A stretch of DNA of 63,910 nucleotides from Octopus bimaculoides (GCF_001194135.2 NC_068995.1:4214405-4278314); one strand, 5' to 3'. Positions 36,017 to 47,858 are shown, counted from the first letter of the stretch. The notes: generated by a model from the sequence alone, not told the origin. Numbers and translations are program-made.

Positions 36017-37720
36017 NNNNNNNNNNNNNNNNNNNNNNNNNNNNNNNNNNNNNNNNNNNNNNNNNNNNNNNNNNNNNNNNNNNNNNNNNNNNNNNNNNNN
36101 NNNNNNNNNNNNNNNNNNNNNNNNNNNNNNNNNNNNNNNNNNNNNNNNNNNNNNNNNNNNNNNNNNNNNNNNNNNNNNNNNNNNNNNNNNNNNNNNNNNN
36201 NNNNNNNNNNNNNNNNNNNNNNNNNNNNNNNNNNNNNNNNNNNNNNNNNNNNNNNNNNNNNNNNNNNNNNNNNNNNNNNNNNNNNNNNNNNNNNNNNNNN
36301 NNNNNNNNNNNNNNNNNNNNNNNNNNNNNNNNNNNNNNNNNNNNNNNNNNNNNNNNNNNNNNNNNNNNNNNNNNNNNNNNNNNNNNNNNNNNNNNNNNNN
36401 NNNNNNNNNNNNNNNNNNNNNNNNNNNNNNNNNNNNNNNNNNNNNNNNNNNNNNNNNNNNNNNNNNNNNNNNNNNNNNNNNNNNNNNNNNNNNNNNNNNN
36501 NNNNNNNNNNNNNNNNNNNNNNNNNNNNNNNNNNNNNNNNNNNNNNNNNNNNNNNNNNNNNNNNNNNNNNNNNNNNNNNNNNNNNNNNNNNNNNNNNNNN
36601 NNNNNNNNNNNNNNNNNNNNNNNNNNNNNNNNNNNNNNNNNNNNNNNNNNNNNNNNNNNNNNNNNNNNNNNNNNNNNNNNNNNNNNNNNNNNNNNNNNNN
36701 NNNNNNNNNNNNNNNNNNNNNNNNNNNNNNNNNNNNNNNNNNNNNNNNNNNNNNNNNNNNNNNNNNNNNNNNNNNNNNNNNNNNNNNNNNNNNNNNNNNN
36801 NNNNNNNNNNNNNNNNNNNNNNNNNNNNNNNNNNNNNNNNNNNNNNNNNNNNNNNNNNNNNNNNNNNNNNNNNNNNNNNNNNNNNNNNNNNNNNNNAATT
36901 TTTCAGGTTTCCCTATTGTTACAGCTTTCACGGAAAAAGATTGTTTTGTTGTTTAACTTTGTTGTGTTCAGCCATTATTATTACCGTAATTTCGAAGTGA
37001 CATCCTGCCAATTATAATTAAACAAATTCATTCTTGTTTATTATTATTTTCTCTTTCTATTTATTCTTCTTATTATTTATTTATAAGTGCATTCATTCGA
37101 TTTAAGTATATTCATTTCATAATATACTTGTTTATTTATAAATGTATTTATTTCGATTTAATTTTATTTCCTGATAAGTGTACATATTTCTTTGTAAATC
37201 TACTTATTCAGTTAGAATTATAACTATTTCGTTTTAAGTTTACTTATTGCATGATAATAAATGCATGTATTTTTTTAAAAGTGTACATCTACGTTGTGAA
37301 CTCATTTCCCTGGAATACTAGATATTTCATTATAGGTTTACTTCTGTTCTTAGTGTATTTATTTCCTTATAAGTGTACCATAGCGTTATAAATGTACATT
37401 TTTGTAAGTGTATTTACATTGCTATAAATGTATATATTTGATTATATACACTGGTATTTAATTATAATTGAGCTAATTCGTTATATCTAATTTCGTTATG
37501 TAAGTACTTATTTATTCATACATATATATCATTACTATTATGTTAAACTGGTGTATGTCCAAATTGCCTACATGCGATTTCCTTCTGTATGTATTTTTGC
37601 TTACAATAGCTGGTTCTTTTGGTTAAACTATCGTATCTCCAACTGCTTTATTTAATTTTTGAGAGCGATCGGGTTCATTTTTAGTATTCTCGTTTGTGAG
37701 AGCAGTCGAGTTTATTTCAG

Positions 37721-37876
37721 TGACGTCACAATTCATTTCTACAGTTGAGTGAACTGGAGCAACGTGAAATAAAGTGTGTTGCTCAAGAACACAACATGCA
37801 GCCTGGTCCGAGATTCGAACTCACAACCTCATGATCGTAAGCTCGATGCTCTAACCACTGAGCTATTCGCCTTCAT
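37721..37876 (-). mobile_element. SINE family C, well-preserved tRNA-like head plus central domain
   Basis: Reverse complement: GGCGAATAGCTCAGTGGTTAGAGCATCGAGCTTACGATCATGAGGTTGTGAGTTCGAATCTCGGACCAGG then GTTGTGTTCTTGAGCAACACACTTTATTTCACGTTGCTCCAGTTCACTC. Confidence 0.88.
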
Positions 37877-38319
37877 ATATATNNNNNNNNNNNNNNNNNN
37901 NNNNNNNNNNNNNNNNNNNNNNNNNNNNNNNNNNNNNNNNNNNNNNNNNNNNNNNNNNNNNNNNNNNNNNNNNNNNNNNNNNNNNNNNNNNNNNNNNNNN
38001 NNNNNNNNNNNNNNNNNNNNNNNNNNNNNNNNNNNNNNNNNNNNNNNNNNNNNNNNNNNNNNNNNNNNNNNNNNNNNNNNNNNNNNNNNNNNNNNNNNNN
38101 NNNNNNNNNNNNNNNNNNNNNNNNNNNNNNNNNNNNNNNNNNNNNNNNNNNNNNNNNNNNNNNNNNNNNNNNNNNNNNNNNNNNNNNNNNNNNNNNNNNN
38201 NNNNNNNNNNNNNNNNNNNNNNNNNNNNNNNNNNNNNNNNNNNNNNNNNNNNNNNNNNNNNNNNNNNNNNNNNNNNNNNNNNNNNNNNNNNNNNNNNNNN
38301 NNNNNNNNNNNNNNNNNNT

Positions 38320-38362
<43 letters not shown>

Positions 38363-38784
38363 GGAGACAGACAGACAGACAGCGAGCGAGAGGGACAGAG
38401 AGAAAGAGAGAGATAGGTTACAATTGCATTAAGTTGAAGAGCATTTTGTGAGTGGTTTACATTTGCAGAATTTTCGGCCAGCAATATTATTGTTATTCGA
38501 AATTATCGAATATTCCATAAAGACTTGGTTGGAAGCACTTAGCTTGACATTAGTATGACCAGTAAAATCCATTGTTAAATTGACTCGTTTGAATGACGCC
38601 TGTCACAATTTCAACAGACAATACCTGGATGTGTCTTTAGCTACAGAAATAATATTTAAATTGAGTGAGTTCACGGAAACAAATGTTCATAGAGACACTT
38701 CGTGTGGTTTTAAGTTTTATTGCTGAATTAAGCTGTCGGCCATGTTAGCAGCAGTTTAACAACAGCAACAGAAATGCTCATAGT

Positions 38785-38901
38785 CGTAGTGGTGGTGGTG
38801 GTGGTGGTGGTCGTCGTCGTCGTCGTCCATCACAGCTTTCATGTTCGTCGTCAGACATATTCATCATCGTTGTCATTGTTATCATCGATTTCATTAATAA
38901 T

Positions 38902-38938
<37 letters not shown>

Positions 38939-39480
38939 CCATCAATATCATCATCATTATCATCATCATTATCCTCATCGGTATTACTACCACCGTGGTC
39001 TTCGTCATCATCATCATCATCGTATCGTCGTCGTCATCATCATCATCATCATCATCATATTCGTCATCGTCATCGTCGTCGTCATCATAATGATCATCAT
39101 CATCATCATCATTCTCGTAAACATCGCAGTCGCCACCATTACCAACGCTGCCATCAAAACCACCACCACAACCCTCCTCTTTCACTTCCTTGTCTTCTTC
39201 CTCCTCCTCCACTTCCTCACCTTTCTGTTTCTCCCCTTCCTCCTGCACCTTCTCCTCACTTTTCTCTTTCTCTCCTTCCTCCTCCTTTTCCTCCTCCTCT
39301 TCTTCATTTTTCTCTTTATCTCCTTCCTCTCCTTCTCCCCCTCCTCCTCCTCACCTTTCTCATTCTCTCCTCCTCCTCCTCCTCCTCCTCCTCCTACTTC
39401 TCACCATCATCATCATTATCACCGCCACAGCCGTCGTCGCTGCCACGATTATTGCAGCCTACCGCCACTACCACCACTAC
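38785..39480. repeat. Compound trinucleotide block (GGT/CGT, CAT, CCT, CAC)
   Basis: Seen directly; source of the poly-S/H/D/P ORFs. Confidence 0.95.
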
Positions 39481-39508
39481 AGCTCTCAGCATTTCACGTC
39501 AATCTGCA

Positions 39509-39882
39509 GAAGATGGATTATACGAAAATCTATTATTAATCACGACAATTGTTTCGACAGATCTAGCATCGATTCCTCGTAATACTTTTTTCGCTGGATA
39601 GCGTGTTCGTTTCTCTTTGTACCATCTTTGATTTTGTTTTTGATCTTGTATATAAATGAAGATACTTCCACCGTCTGGCTGCTTTTCTCTCTATAAAACG
39701 GGAAGTTACATTGCGGAACAGTTATTTTAACGAGATGTTTTTATTTATCACCCGAGGAGATACATCTGCACCACCGGATGCTCCTGAACCAGTTATTGAG
39801 TGTCCTAGCCATGAAGAATCGATGCTAGATGTGTCGAAATAATTCTCGCGATTAATAATAAATTCTCGTAAATTCAATCTTC
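39509..39882. mobile_element. MITE-like element with about 70-bp terminal inverted repeats
   Basis: 39509-39578 GAAGATGGATTATACGAAAATCTATTATTAATCACGACAATTGTTTCGACAGATCTAGCATCGATTCCTC versus reverse complement of 39813-39882 GAAGATTGAATTTACGAGAATTTATTATTAATCGCGAGAATTATTTCGACACATCTAGCATCGATTCTTC; ungapped. Confidence 0.85.
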
Positions 39883-40846
39883 CGTCTTTCATTTGCCATA
39901 TACATAATGATCACTGTGAGAGCAAACGTGCTTTACCGGTAAGTTCCTAGAAATTAAAGTAGGAGCATATCGTTTTACATCGTTTTACACTTTTGAATCA
40001 GTCGAAAGTTAAAAACGTGACACGTGAACCGATAGTTTCTTTCTTGACACTGATCAGATTTTCGCTCTGATAAGAACCATGTACGAAACGTTTGATCCCT
40101 GTGTCAAATTTTGTAATTTTCCGGCGATTAAAAAATTAAATTTGTATGCATTTCAGTATATAGCCTGACTTGTGCTAAACTTACAGCGTCTCTATATTAG
40201 TAACAAGGTTGGTTTGTTTGTGAGTATATATATATATATATGTATATGTATATATATATATATGTATACATATATATATATATATATATNNNNNNNNNNN
40301 NNNNNNNNNNNNNNNNNNNNNNNNNNNNNNNNNNNNNNNNNNNNNNNNNNNNNNNNNNNNNNNNNNNNNNNNNNNNNNNNNNNNNNNNNNNNNNNNNNNN
40401 NNNNNNNNNNNNNNNNNNNNNNNNNNNNNNNNNNNNNNNNNNNNNNNNNNNNNNNNNNNNNNNNNNNNNNNNNNNNNNNNNNNNNNNNNNNNNNNNNNNN
40501 NNNNNNNNNNNNNNNNNNNNNNNNNNNNNNNNNNNNNNNNNNNNNNNNNNNNNNNNNNNNNNNNNNNNNNNNNNNNNNNNNNNNNNNNNNNNNNNNNNNN
40601 NNNNNNNNNNNNNNNNNNNNNNNNNNNNNNNNNNNNNNNNNNNNNNNNNNNNNNNNNNNNNNNNNNNNNNNNNNNNNNNNNNNNNNNNNNNNNNNNNNNN
40701 NNNNNNNNNNNNNNNNNNNNNNNNNNNNNNNNNNNNNNNNNNNNNNNNNNNNNNNNNNNNNNNNNNNNNNNNNNNNNNNNNNNNNNNNNNNNNNNNNNNN
40801 NNNNNNNNNNNNNNNNNNNNNNNNNNNNNNNNNNNNNNNNNNNNNN

Positions 40847-41142
40847 TCACTAAATGAAAAATGTTTTTACTGTTGTTACAATCATCTGAAATGGAACTGT
40901 CAAAGCGCGATAATCGAGCAATTTTGCTTTTCAACTTCAAATAAAGACGTAAGGCAGCTGAAACTTCTTGTGATATCAACAACACTTTTGGTGAGAAAAT
41001 GACCAGTGAGTGGTCAGCTCGAAGATGATTTAAACGATTTCGCAGTAGAGACCTGAGCCTTGAAGATCGTGAGTGTAGTGGACGCCCGTCTGTTATCAAT
41101 GACGGTCAATTACAGACTGTGTTCACTAATGACACTCCAGAA
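40847..41142 (+). mobile_element. Mariner transposase pseudogene, 5' UTR and N-terminal HTH region
   Basis: From ATG at 40891: MELSKRDNRAILLFNFK*RRKAAETSCDINNTFGEKMTSEWSARR*FKRFRSRDLSLEDRECSGRPSVINDGQLQ. This closely parallels the Hsmar1-type N-terminus (RAIFLFEFKMGRKAAET..NIN.AFG...WF.KF..GD.SLEDEERSGRP). Two in-frame stops; left end lost in a gap. Confidence 0.93.
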
Positions 41143-41171
41143 GTTGAGGGGACTTGGCTACGCCACCCAGC

Positions 41172-41287
41172 TTATTCCCGAGGCTATAGTAGAAGACACT
41201 TGCGCAAGGTGTCATGCAATGGAACTGAACCCGGAGTCATGTGGTTCGTAACCAAGCTACTTACCACACAGCCACTCCTGCGCCTAT
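41172..41287 (-). mobile_element. SINE family A, head
   Basis: GGCTATAGTAGAAGACACTTGCGCAAGGTG...GAACTGAACCCGGA...CTTACCACACAGCCACTCCTGCGCC. Confidence 0.9.
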
Positions 41288-41305
41288 ATATATTATATAC
41301 ATACA

Positions 41306-41341
<36 letters not shown>

Positions 41342-41805
41342 TAGACACCCACACACACAGATGTATATATATATATATAAATTTAGCACGGATGTGTTAT
41401 GTAATAATAAGCTGTTAATATTAGCAATTATGCATAAATATGAAATTTTGTTTAACACTTTAGAAGTGTGAACCCAATGTGATTAGTTATAGACTTCGAA
41501 ATCGAATTATGTGTAATTCGTAATCCAAGAGTCTGAACCAACCATTACACGAAAGAATTTCTGCCTCATTTCGTCCACTTATATTACCACTTATAAAGTG
41601 TTACGTTACAAGTGACTCGTTTTTTTGTTGTTGTTTTTGCTTTGAGATCTCTGCAACAGGATGCAATAAAATGTTCCCTTGATGATCCATTGCAATTAGG
41701 CATCAGAATACACTTGAGACATCCGATGCTAAGTTCCAAACAATTACATTTGCGAAACGCACATAGGAACTAAATATTTATACTAATGTTCATCATAATA
41801 GTTCA

Positions 41806-41878
<73 letters not shown>

Positions 41879-41914
41879 CATCAAAATCATCATTATCATC
41901 GTCATCATCATTTT

Positions 41915-42110
41915 AAATCCTTTATTCCGACACATTTTCCTCCGTTTTTTTCCTACTCTCTCCATTTTCCTCTCTCATCCGTCTCTGTCGAAGGACGTAG
42001 GCTCGAAACGTCAACGACATTTCCATTCATACCTAGCGTCAAACTAATATTCTGCTTGCTGTTCGCTCACTTGCCTTTGTTGCTTGTTTCCTGTACATTT
42101 GAACTATACA
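41915..42110 (+). mobile_element. Penelope-type terminal-repeat remnant with a degenerate minimal hammerhead motif
   Basis: CTGTCGA-AGGAC-GTAG-GCTC-GAAACGT at 41985-42011 follows the CTGANGA-stem II-GAAAC layout of Penelope-associated hammerheads, with mismatches. Confidence 0.5.
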
Positions 42111-42309
42111 TGGATAGTGCGGCCATCACAGTAATCTCATCTTACAGATCTCAGTCCACACAGTAATCCAATAAAGAGAACAACAAAGTAAAGTGTCCAT
42201 TCAGCCTAAATCCAGAAGATTTGGTCATTGGAATTATTTCATAAGAAGTATATATACATACTAATAATAAAACTCAGGATGTATGAGAGGGAAATATATT
42301 TACCCGTGT

Positions 42310-42560
42310 CCGGAAAATTCACCGTAACCATTCTTATCGTGGGAAAATTTGCTGTAGGAAATTTCACCGTAAAGAGGTATACAAGCAAACTATAAAATCG
42401 TTTTAAAGAAATTACCTTTCTTTAATTGGCAGGTAAATTGCTGAAATTTTCAGCTTAAGAAAACAGCTTTTTTTTTCATTTTTTTTGCAATTAAATTTTT
42501 TTATTACTGCGAATTTTTCCGTTGGAAATATGTTTACAAAAAAAATTTCCTACAGCCATA
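42310..42560. mobile_element. Decayed element with inverted subterminal repeats (GGAAAATTCACCGT-like units)
   Basis: CGGAAAATTCACCGT, GCTGTAGGAAATTTCACCGT at 42310-42370; inverted counterparts GCGAATTTTTCCG (42509) and AAATTTCCTACAGC (42543). Confidence 0.5.
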
Positions 42561-42569
42561 TTTATTTAA

Positions 42570-42744
42570 CCACTTGACATCTTTAAGATGACGGCCGTTT
42601 CATAGCGTTTTTCATGTAGTAATAAGTTCAGTGTGGAAGAAATTATGCTAACATGTTTTCATGAATATGTATGATTTCCATACTGAAATTATTACTACAT
42701 GAATAAGCGTGCGAAACGACAGTAATCCTAAGGATTTCAAGTGG
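42570..42744. mobile_element. Near-palindromic 175-bp MITE with TTAA at both ends (piggyBac-like)
   Basis: TTAA|CCACTTGACATCTTTAAGATGACGG...TTCATGTAGTAATAAGTTCAGTGTGGAA versus reverse complement of right half TTAA|CCACTTGAAATCCTTAGGATTACTG...TTCATGTAGTAATAATTTCAGTATGGAA. Confidence 0.88.
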
Positions 42745-43666
42745 TTAAATAGATATATTGACCCGTCCTACAATTTGACTATTGTGCTTTATATATACAT
42801 AATCATACAAACTCGGACAACATAACTGGACAACATAAGTGTAAACCTGGTAATACTGATAATAAATATATCTTACATAACTCGGCTGTTCAGCACGTGT
42901 ATATCACACACATGAAGCTTTTCCACTGCAGTCAATGCTCCGGATATTGGCATTTGCAGCACATATAAAAAAACGATGAAAATTTTCGAAACTATACTCT
43001 ATAATGATATGAATGGTATTTATACATTTGTCAGAGTCAAATTAAGATCACAATGTAATGTTTATCGATACTACATTTAGGAGAGAAATAGGACATTATT
43101 GAAAAAGTATAAGAAATAAAGTAATACCTCCACCGAAAAAACAAAAGTGTTCTAATTTATGTTGTAATACACAACATGAATTATATTGGTAGTGCAGTCT
43201 ACAACCATAAAACAAATGAGTTTTAATTAGGTGAAGCATTACAGATTATTGGTGTAGTAGCTATAAAATGAATTCAACACCTATAGTTTAGTAATTTGTC
43301 ATGAGATGGATTGCTAATCAATATCGATCTTAAAACATACCTTGCATTTCAACACATTTACATACACGGTTCAGCCTTTCGACTGTCTACAGGAGCAGTT
43401 AAGGTGAATGTAAATAAACTGACGCTTGTCTGAAAGAATGTCAGTGGGGCGGGTTACAGCTCGAAGTAAGCTATGGATATGAATTGGATAACAGGAAAAA
43501 CACTAACAATGACGACGACGACGACGATGATGATGATAGTTATGATAGTGATTATGATGATGGTTATGATGATGGCACACAGTGTAATACATAACGTGAA
43601 GTAAGTTGTAGTATTCATGTTTGGGTGTCTCTATGAGTGCATAAATATGTCGTGAAGACCTATGGG

Positions 43667-43716
<50 letters not shown>

Positions 43717-43717
43717 T

Positions 43718-43756
<39 letters not shown>

Positions 43757-44177
43757 TAGACAGACAGACAGAGACCTATGTAGATAGATGGGGATTCCGG
43801 TTCCAACAGAGAGATTATAGGTAACTGTAGCAAGAAAAGAAATGTGCGGTAAGAACACATGCCAAACTCATATCTGTTTCCATGACAAAAAAATAAAATA
43901 ACGAAGCAAAACAATAGTAAAAAGAAGAGAGTCAACATTGACAGTTTTTTCTCGTAATTCTTATCATCGTCAGCGAGATTTACATGTTATTATTGTTGAC
44001 GTCAGTTAATCCGAAAATGGTTTGCTGGTTCTCGTCTCTGTTAAACTTCCTGGAACAATGCATTATCTGTTGTGTTTTAGCTTTCACTTATCTTTTCCGA
44101 TTTACATTTCGTAACGTACATTCCAGTATATTAAGATGTCTGACATGTATTTGCTATAAATATAGCAAATGTTCGAC

Positions 44178-44535
44178 GCAGTGAGCAGGCTGAATCCTTA
44201 GTACGCTTAGCGGCATTCCGTCCATCTTTACGTTCTGAGTTCGAATTCCGCCGAGGTTAATTTTGCCGTTCGTCCTTTCGGGATCGATAAAATAAGTTTC
44301 TGTTGAGTATTGCCATAATTTGAAATCAATGCTACAGCTGTTCCCGCAAGGCAGTGAGGTGGCAGAATCGTTAGCACACCGGTAAAAATGCCTAGCAGCA
44401 TTTCGTCCGTCTTAATGTTCTGAGTTCAATTTCCACCGAGGTCGACTTTGCCTTTTATTCTTTCGGGGTCGATAAAATAAGTACCAGTTCAGCACTGATA
44501 AAAACTGCCGGCCTTGTTCCAAAATATGAAACCAA
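44178..44535 (+). mobile_element. Tandem pair of SINE family B (44178-44330, 44348-44535)
   Basis: Both contain CTTAGC.GCATT.CGTCC...GTTCTGAGTTC.A.TTCC.CCGAGGT and GATAAAATAAGT, each ending TGAAA.CAAT. Confidence 0.92.
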
Positions 44536-44722
44536 TTTTACAACCGTTCGCTGCATCAGCCCACAAGCTTGCAGTGTTACAATATTTCTATTCTTAGAAT
44601 AATGGGAATAAATCTCAAAACATTGTTCTTTCCACATTTCTTGAAATATACAAAGAGGATATTTGTAATATCGACCAGGTATATAGTGGTTACCTAGTTT
44701 TCTTCCATCATTTTTCTAGTCA

Positions 44723-45275
44723 ATGCATAATCCATCACCGAGCAAGTATGGTAAACGTATGTCATATGGAAAATAATTAGAAATACAAAGCGTATAATAT
44801 TTATTCTTACGCCTTAAATTGTTTATCGCATTCGGCAAATGATGTTTCTTTACAGAATTTCTGATTTTATATTTATTCCCATCATCCTAATCTATTATTA
44901 GCGTAGCATCTGATTGACCTAAATATTATATCTGTTGTGTTTAATGCGTGTTTTGGCAATTTCCAAGCGCATTCATCTATTCTATAGTCAGGGTCATATA
45001 ATATAATTTATGTGTGGTTCTTTTGTTTCAACTTGGTAATAGGTCTGTTGTACTGTATGTAATTTGCCTCTGTAATCTCCTGTGATTTTGATCAATATAC
45101 CTGTGTATCGCTCATTTACTAGTGTTTGTTTTAAGTTATTAATGCCATATTTTAATGTTGTCTACGTGGAGGAAAGTCTGAAGGTCGTTCTATGTGCAGA
45201 TTTAATAGCTTGTTTTATAGCTATGTAGAAATTAGCTCTACCCTCTTTGTATAGGCCATAGCTTTTGTTTTTTTC
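44723..45275 (-). mobile_element. Penelope-like element fragment 1 (RT C-terminus, linker, decayed GIY-YIG motif)
   Basis: IKQAIKSAHRTTFRLSST*TTLKYGINNLKQTLVNERYTGILI (cf. HRA.K.SSTW.....I..LKQ.L.NNGY), then DYRIDE, then after frameshifts SI*HTFTILAR*WIMH (cf. YIGHT.T.L.RR..MH). Confidence 0.7.
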
Positions 45276-45924
45276 CATGCGTGTATTCATGAAATATACG
45301 TTCCGCTCTCCTTACATTTAATGAGGTTTTCTGTATAATGGTGTGTTATACCTTTGCTCGCACACACATGCGATCTCTCTTACACACACTCTTTCACACG
45401 TCCTCACATGCATAAAGCCAGACGTGTACACGTCTTTCTATGTCTACGTGTATGTGTGTGCTTGTGTGTGCGTTTAAGCTTGTGTGTGTAAGTATGAAGT
45501 GGTACAAAATATAAGACTATAAACCCAACTTGACTATACAATAAGTATGTGCGTGTGACTGTGAGTGTGTATGTATGCGTATGTGTGTGTATGCGTGCGT
45601 GTATGTGTGTGAGTGTGTGTTTGAATACTAAAATCTTGTGCTTAGATTTTATGCAAGTCATATTTTCATATCTGTCAGTCGATAGCTCTAGGTCTAAAGA
45701 TCATAGTCGATATATAATTGATGGAAGTTTGTTGGTAGATATATGTAGGCGTAAATTTAGAGTAAGCAGGTGAACGCATCTGTTAGAATTATTTAGCTCG
45801 TAATACTTGACGTATGTAGAATAATCGCGTAAGCAAAGAGACTATAGATAATATTATGCCTAAAGTGATGGTACAATAAACGTATGGTGGCACTTCCAAC
45901 AAACCTAAATGAAAATTCTTACAA

Positions 45925-45965
45925 TTTTATCATCATCATCATCATTATTATTATTATTATCATCA

Positions 45966-46020
<55 letters not shown>

Positions 46021-46022
46021 CA

Positions 46023-46054
<32 letters not shown>

Positions 46055-46212
46055 TGTTATGTCTCAAGCTACTGCTATCTAGCACCTTCGGATGATCTCT
46101 ACTCGACTACTACCCGACAGTCACTCAACACTTCTATCACGGCTAGACTGCCTCTATTTATATGTCTACGTTTTCGCTTGGGGGCGTCGACACAACATTA
46201 TTATTATTATTA

Positions 46213-46250
<38 letters not shown>
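45925..46250. repeat. (ATC)n/(ATT)n tracts enclosing a 140-bp unique insert (46055-46197)
   Basis: Seen directly. Confidence 0.9.
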
Positions 46251-46264
46251 TTATGTTTGACTTT

Positions 46265-47050
46265 TGCTTTGCATTTGGACAAGTTGATACATTCGACTTA
46301 AAGTACTCAAAGGATCTCTGTTCAAGCAGAAATACCTACTCCTACTTATAGAAAATAGCATATAACGGGAAAAAGATATACCTATAGAATAAATTAGGGC
46401 AACACGAGAAAGATGAACCCATCAACGGAGCACAATACTTATTTCTAGTAACACACGATCCGCATCGCCAAACCATTTTAAACATCATCAAAACTAATTT
46501 GCCAATAATGAAACAAAGTGAAAAAAGACATAATAATTAATCAAACATTTATCTTAAGTAGAAAGCAACAACACAACCTAAAGAAACTATATACAAAGGC
46601 AAAATTCAACATGAACAAACAAGATAAAACATTCACAGATAAAACATTCACAGTATCCAAATGTAATGATAACAAATGTAGAACGTGTCAACACATACTT
46701 ACTGGCAGATCCATTAGAACAAAAAAAAAAAAAAATGGACAGATTTTCACAAATGCAGATATGAACTGCAAAAGCAGAAATTTGATCCACTGCATTAAAT
46801 GCCCTAATTGCGAGGAACTACACATTACTGAGACAGGGAATGCATTATTGGAACACTCACGAGTTCACTGACCACAAATCCGGAACACTAATGTGCGCCA
46901 AATTCCATTGAGCGAATATATAGAAACATGTGGTCAAAAAATGTTTTCAATTTTTCCTTTCCACAAACTACATGACACAAGCGAGGTGGGAAAAACGATA
47001 AAAATGTTCTTAAAAATGTTTCATTAAAATGTTGAAACCTGTTCTGAACG
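46265..47050 (+). mobile_element. Penelope-like element fragment 2 (RT end, Cys-rich linker, GIY-YIG endonuclease), decayed
   Basis: RLKVLKGSLFKQKY..LIENSI*REKDIPIE; ILSRKQQHNLKKLYTKAKF; KCNDNKCRTCQHI; MNCKSRNLIHCIKCPNCEELHITETGNALLEHSRVH (cf. NLIY.I.C..C...YIGET...L..R...H); IPLSEYIETCG; MLKPVLN. The Cys-rich linker suggests a Neptune-like type. In-frame 15-bp duplication AGATAAAACATTCAC x2 at about 46622-46651. Confidence 0.9.
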
Positions 47051-47100
47051 GAAATAACAACAATAATATAACAACCAGTTAATGATGTGGATTAAAAAAT

Positions 47101-47158
47101 ATTCTTTTATTTGCTTCAGTTATTTGACTGCGGCTATGCTGGAGCACCGACTTTAAAG
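47101..47158 (-). mobile_element. SINE family A, tail
   Basis: TTCTTTTATTTGCTTCAGTTATTTGACTGCGGCTATGCTGGAGCACCG. Confidence 0.85.
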
Positions 47159-47789
47159 ACTATGTTTGGGCTCGTCCTGGAATATTTTTGACATATGAAT
47201 ATAAAAAAATTACAGAAAATTCTCACCGACTGAAATAAAAACGATCGAAACCGATTAAGTTTGATCACTCCTAATACCATTACTTGTAAAGCGCAAGCTC
47301 ATTGGTTAAAATAAAGGTGATATCTATGCCACTAATGTCGGTGCGACAAACCGTGACGTTTAAGCTGGATGCTGATTGGTCAAAACCGTATTCGAAATAT
47401 TCAGCATGTCGGAGCCTTCTAAAAGGTATAAAAAAAAGAAAGACGTCAGTCATTTTACTAAAGTTGTCAAGAACTCAACTCAACCGTCGGTCAATACATT
47501 TTGAAGTCTGATGATTATTAGGAACGTATGAAAGCGTTAAGTGAAATTTATGAACATTACTAAGTTTTGTTCTTTAATGTTTAACACACTTCAACATTGT
47601 AAAAAAATGTTTTTTTTAAGTACGTGAAAACCAGATAAAAGAAATGAAAATCAGGTAAAATAAAGTGAAAACCAGACCATGTTGTAACTTTATTCAACTG
47701 ATATATTATTCTCTACACATTTACGCAAATTCGGAATATATATATATATACCAAAGACCAATGTCGACGGTTAGTATACAGACAACAGT

Positions 47790-47858
<69 letters not shown>

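Noticed and set aside
37800-37876. tRNA gene (Val-like anticodon loop)
   Set aside because: A and B boxes are good, but the acceptor stem does not close and the sequence runs into a SINE body shared with 10001-10295.
39738-39842. ORF MFLFITRGDTSAPPDAPEPVIECPSHEESMLDVSK as an exon or small gene
   Set aside because: It lies inside a MITE and its 3' end is part of the right TIR.
47301-47504. Two inverted CCAAT boxes upstream of ORF MSEPSKRYKKKKDVSHFTKVVKNSTQPSVNTF
   Set aside because: It could be a transposase 5' end, but it is only 32 codons with no diagnostic motif, TIR or downstream continuation.
47508-47537. CTGATGA...GAAA hammerhead-like motif
   Set aside because: The intervening 15 nt cannot form stem II and no stems I or III are evident.
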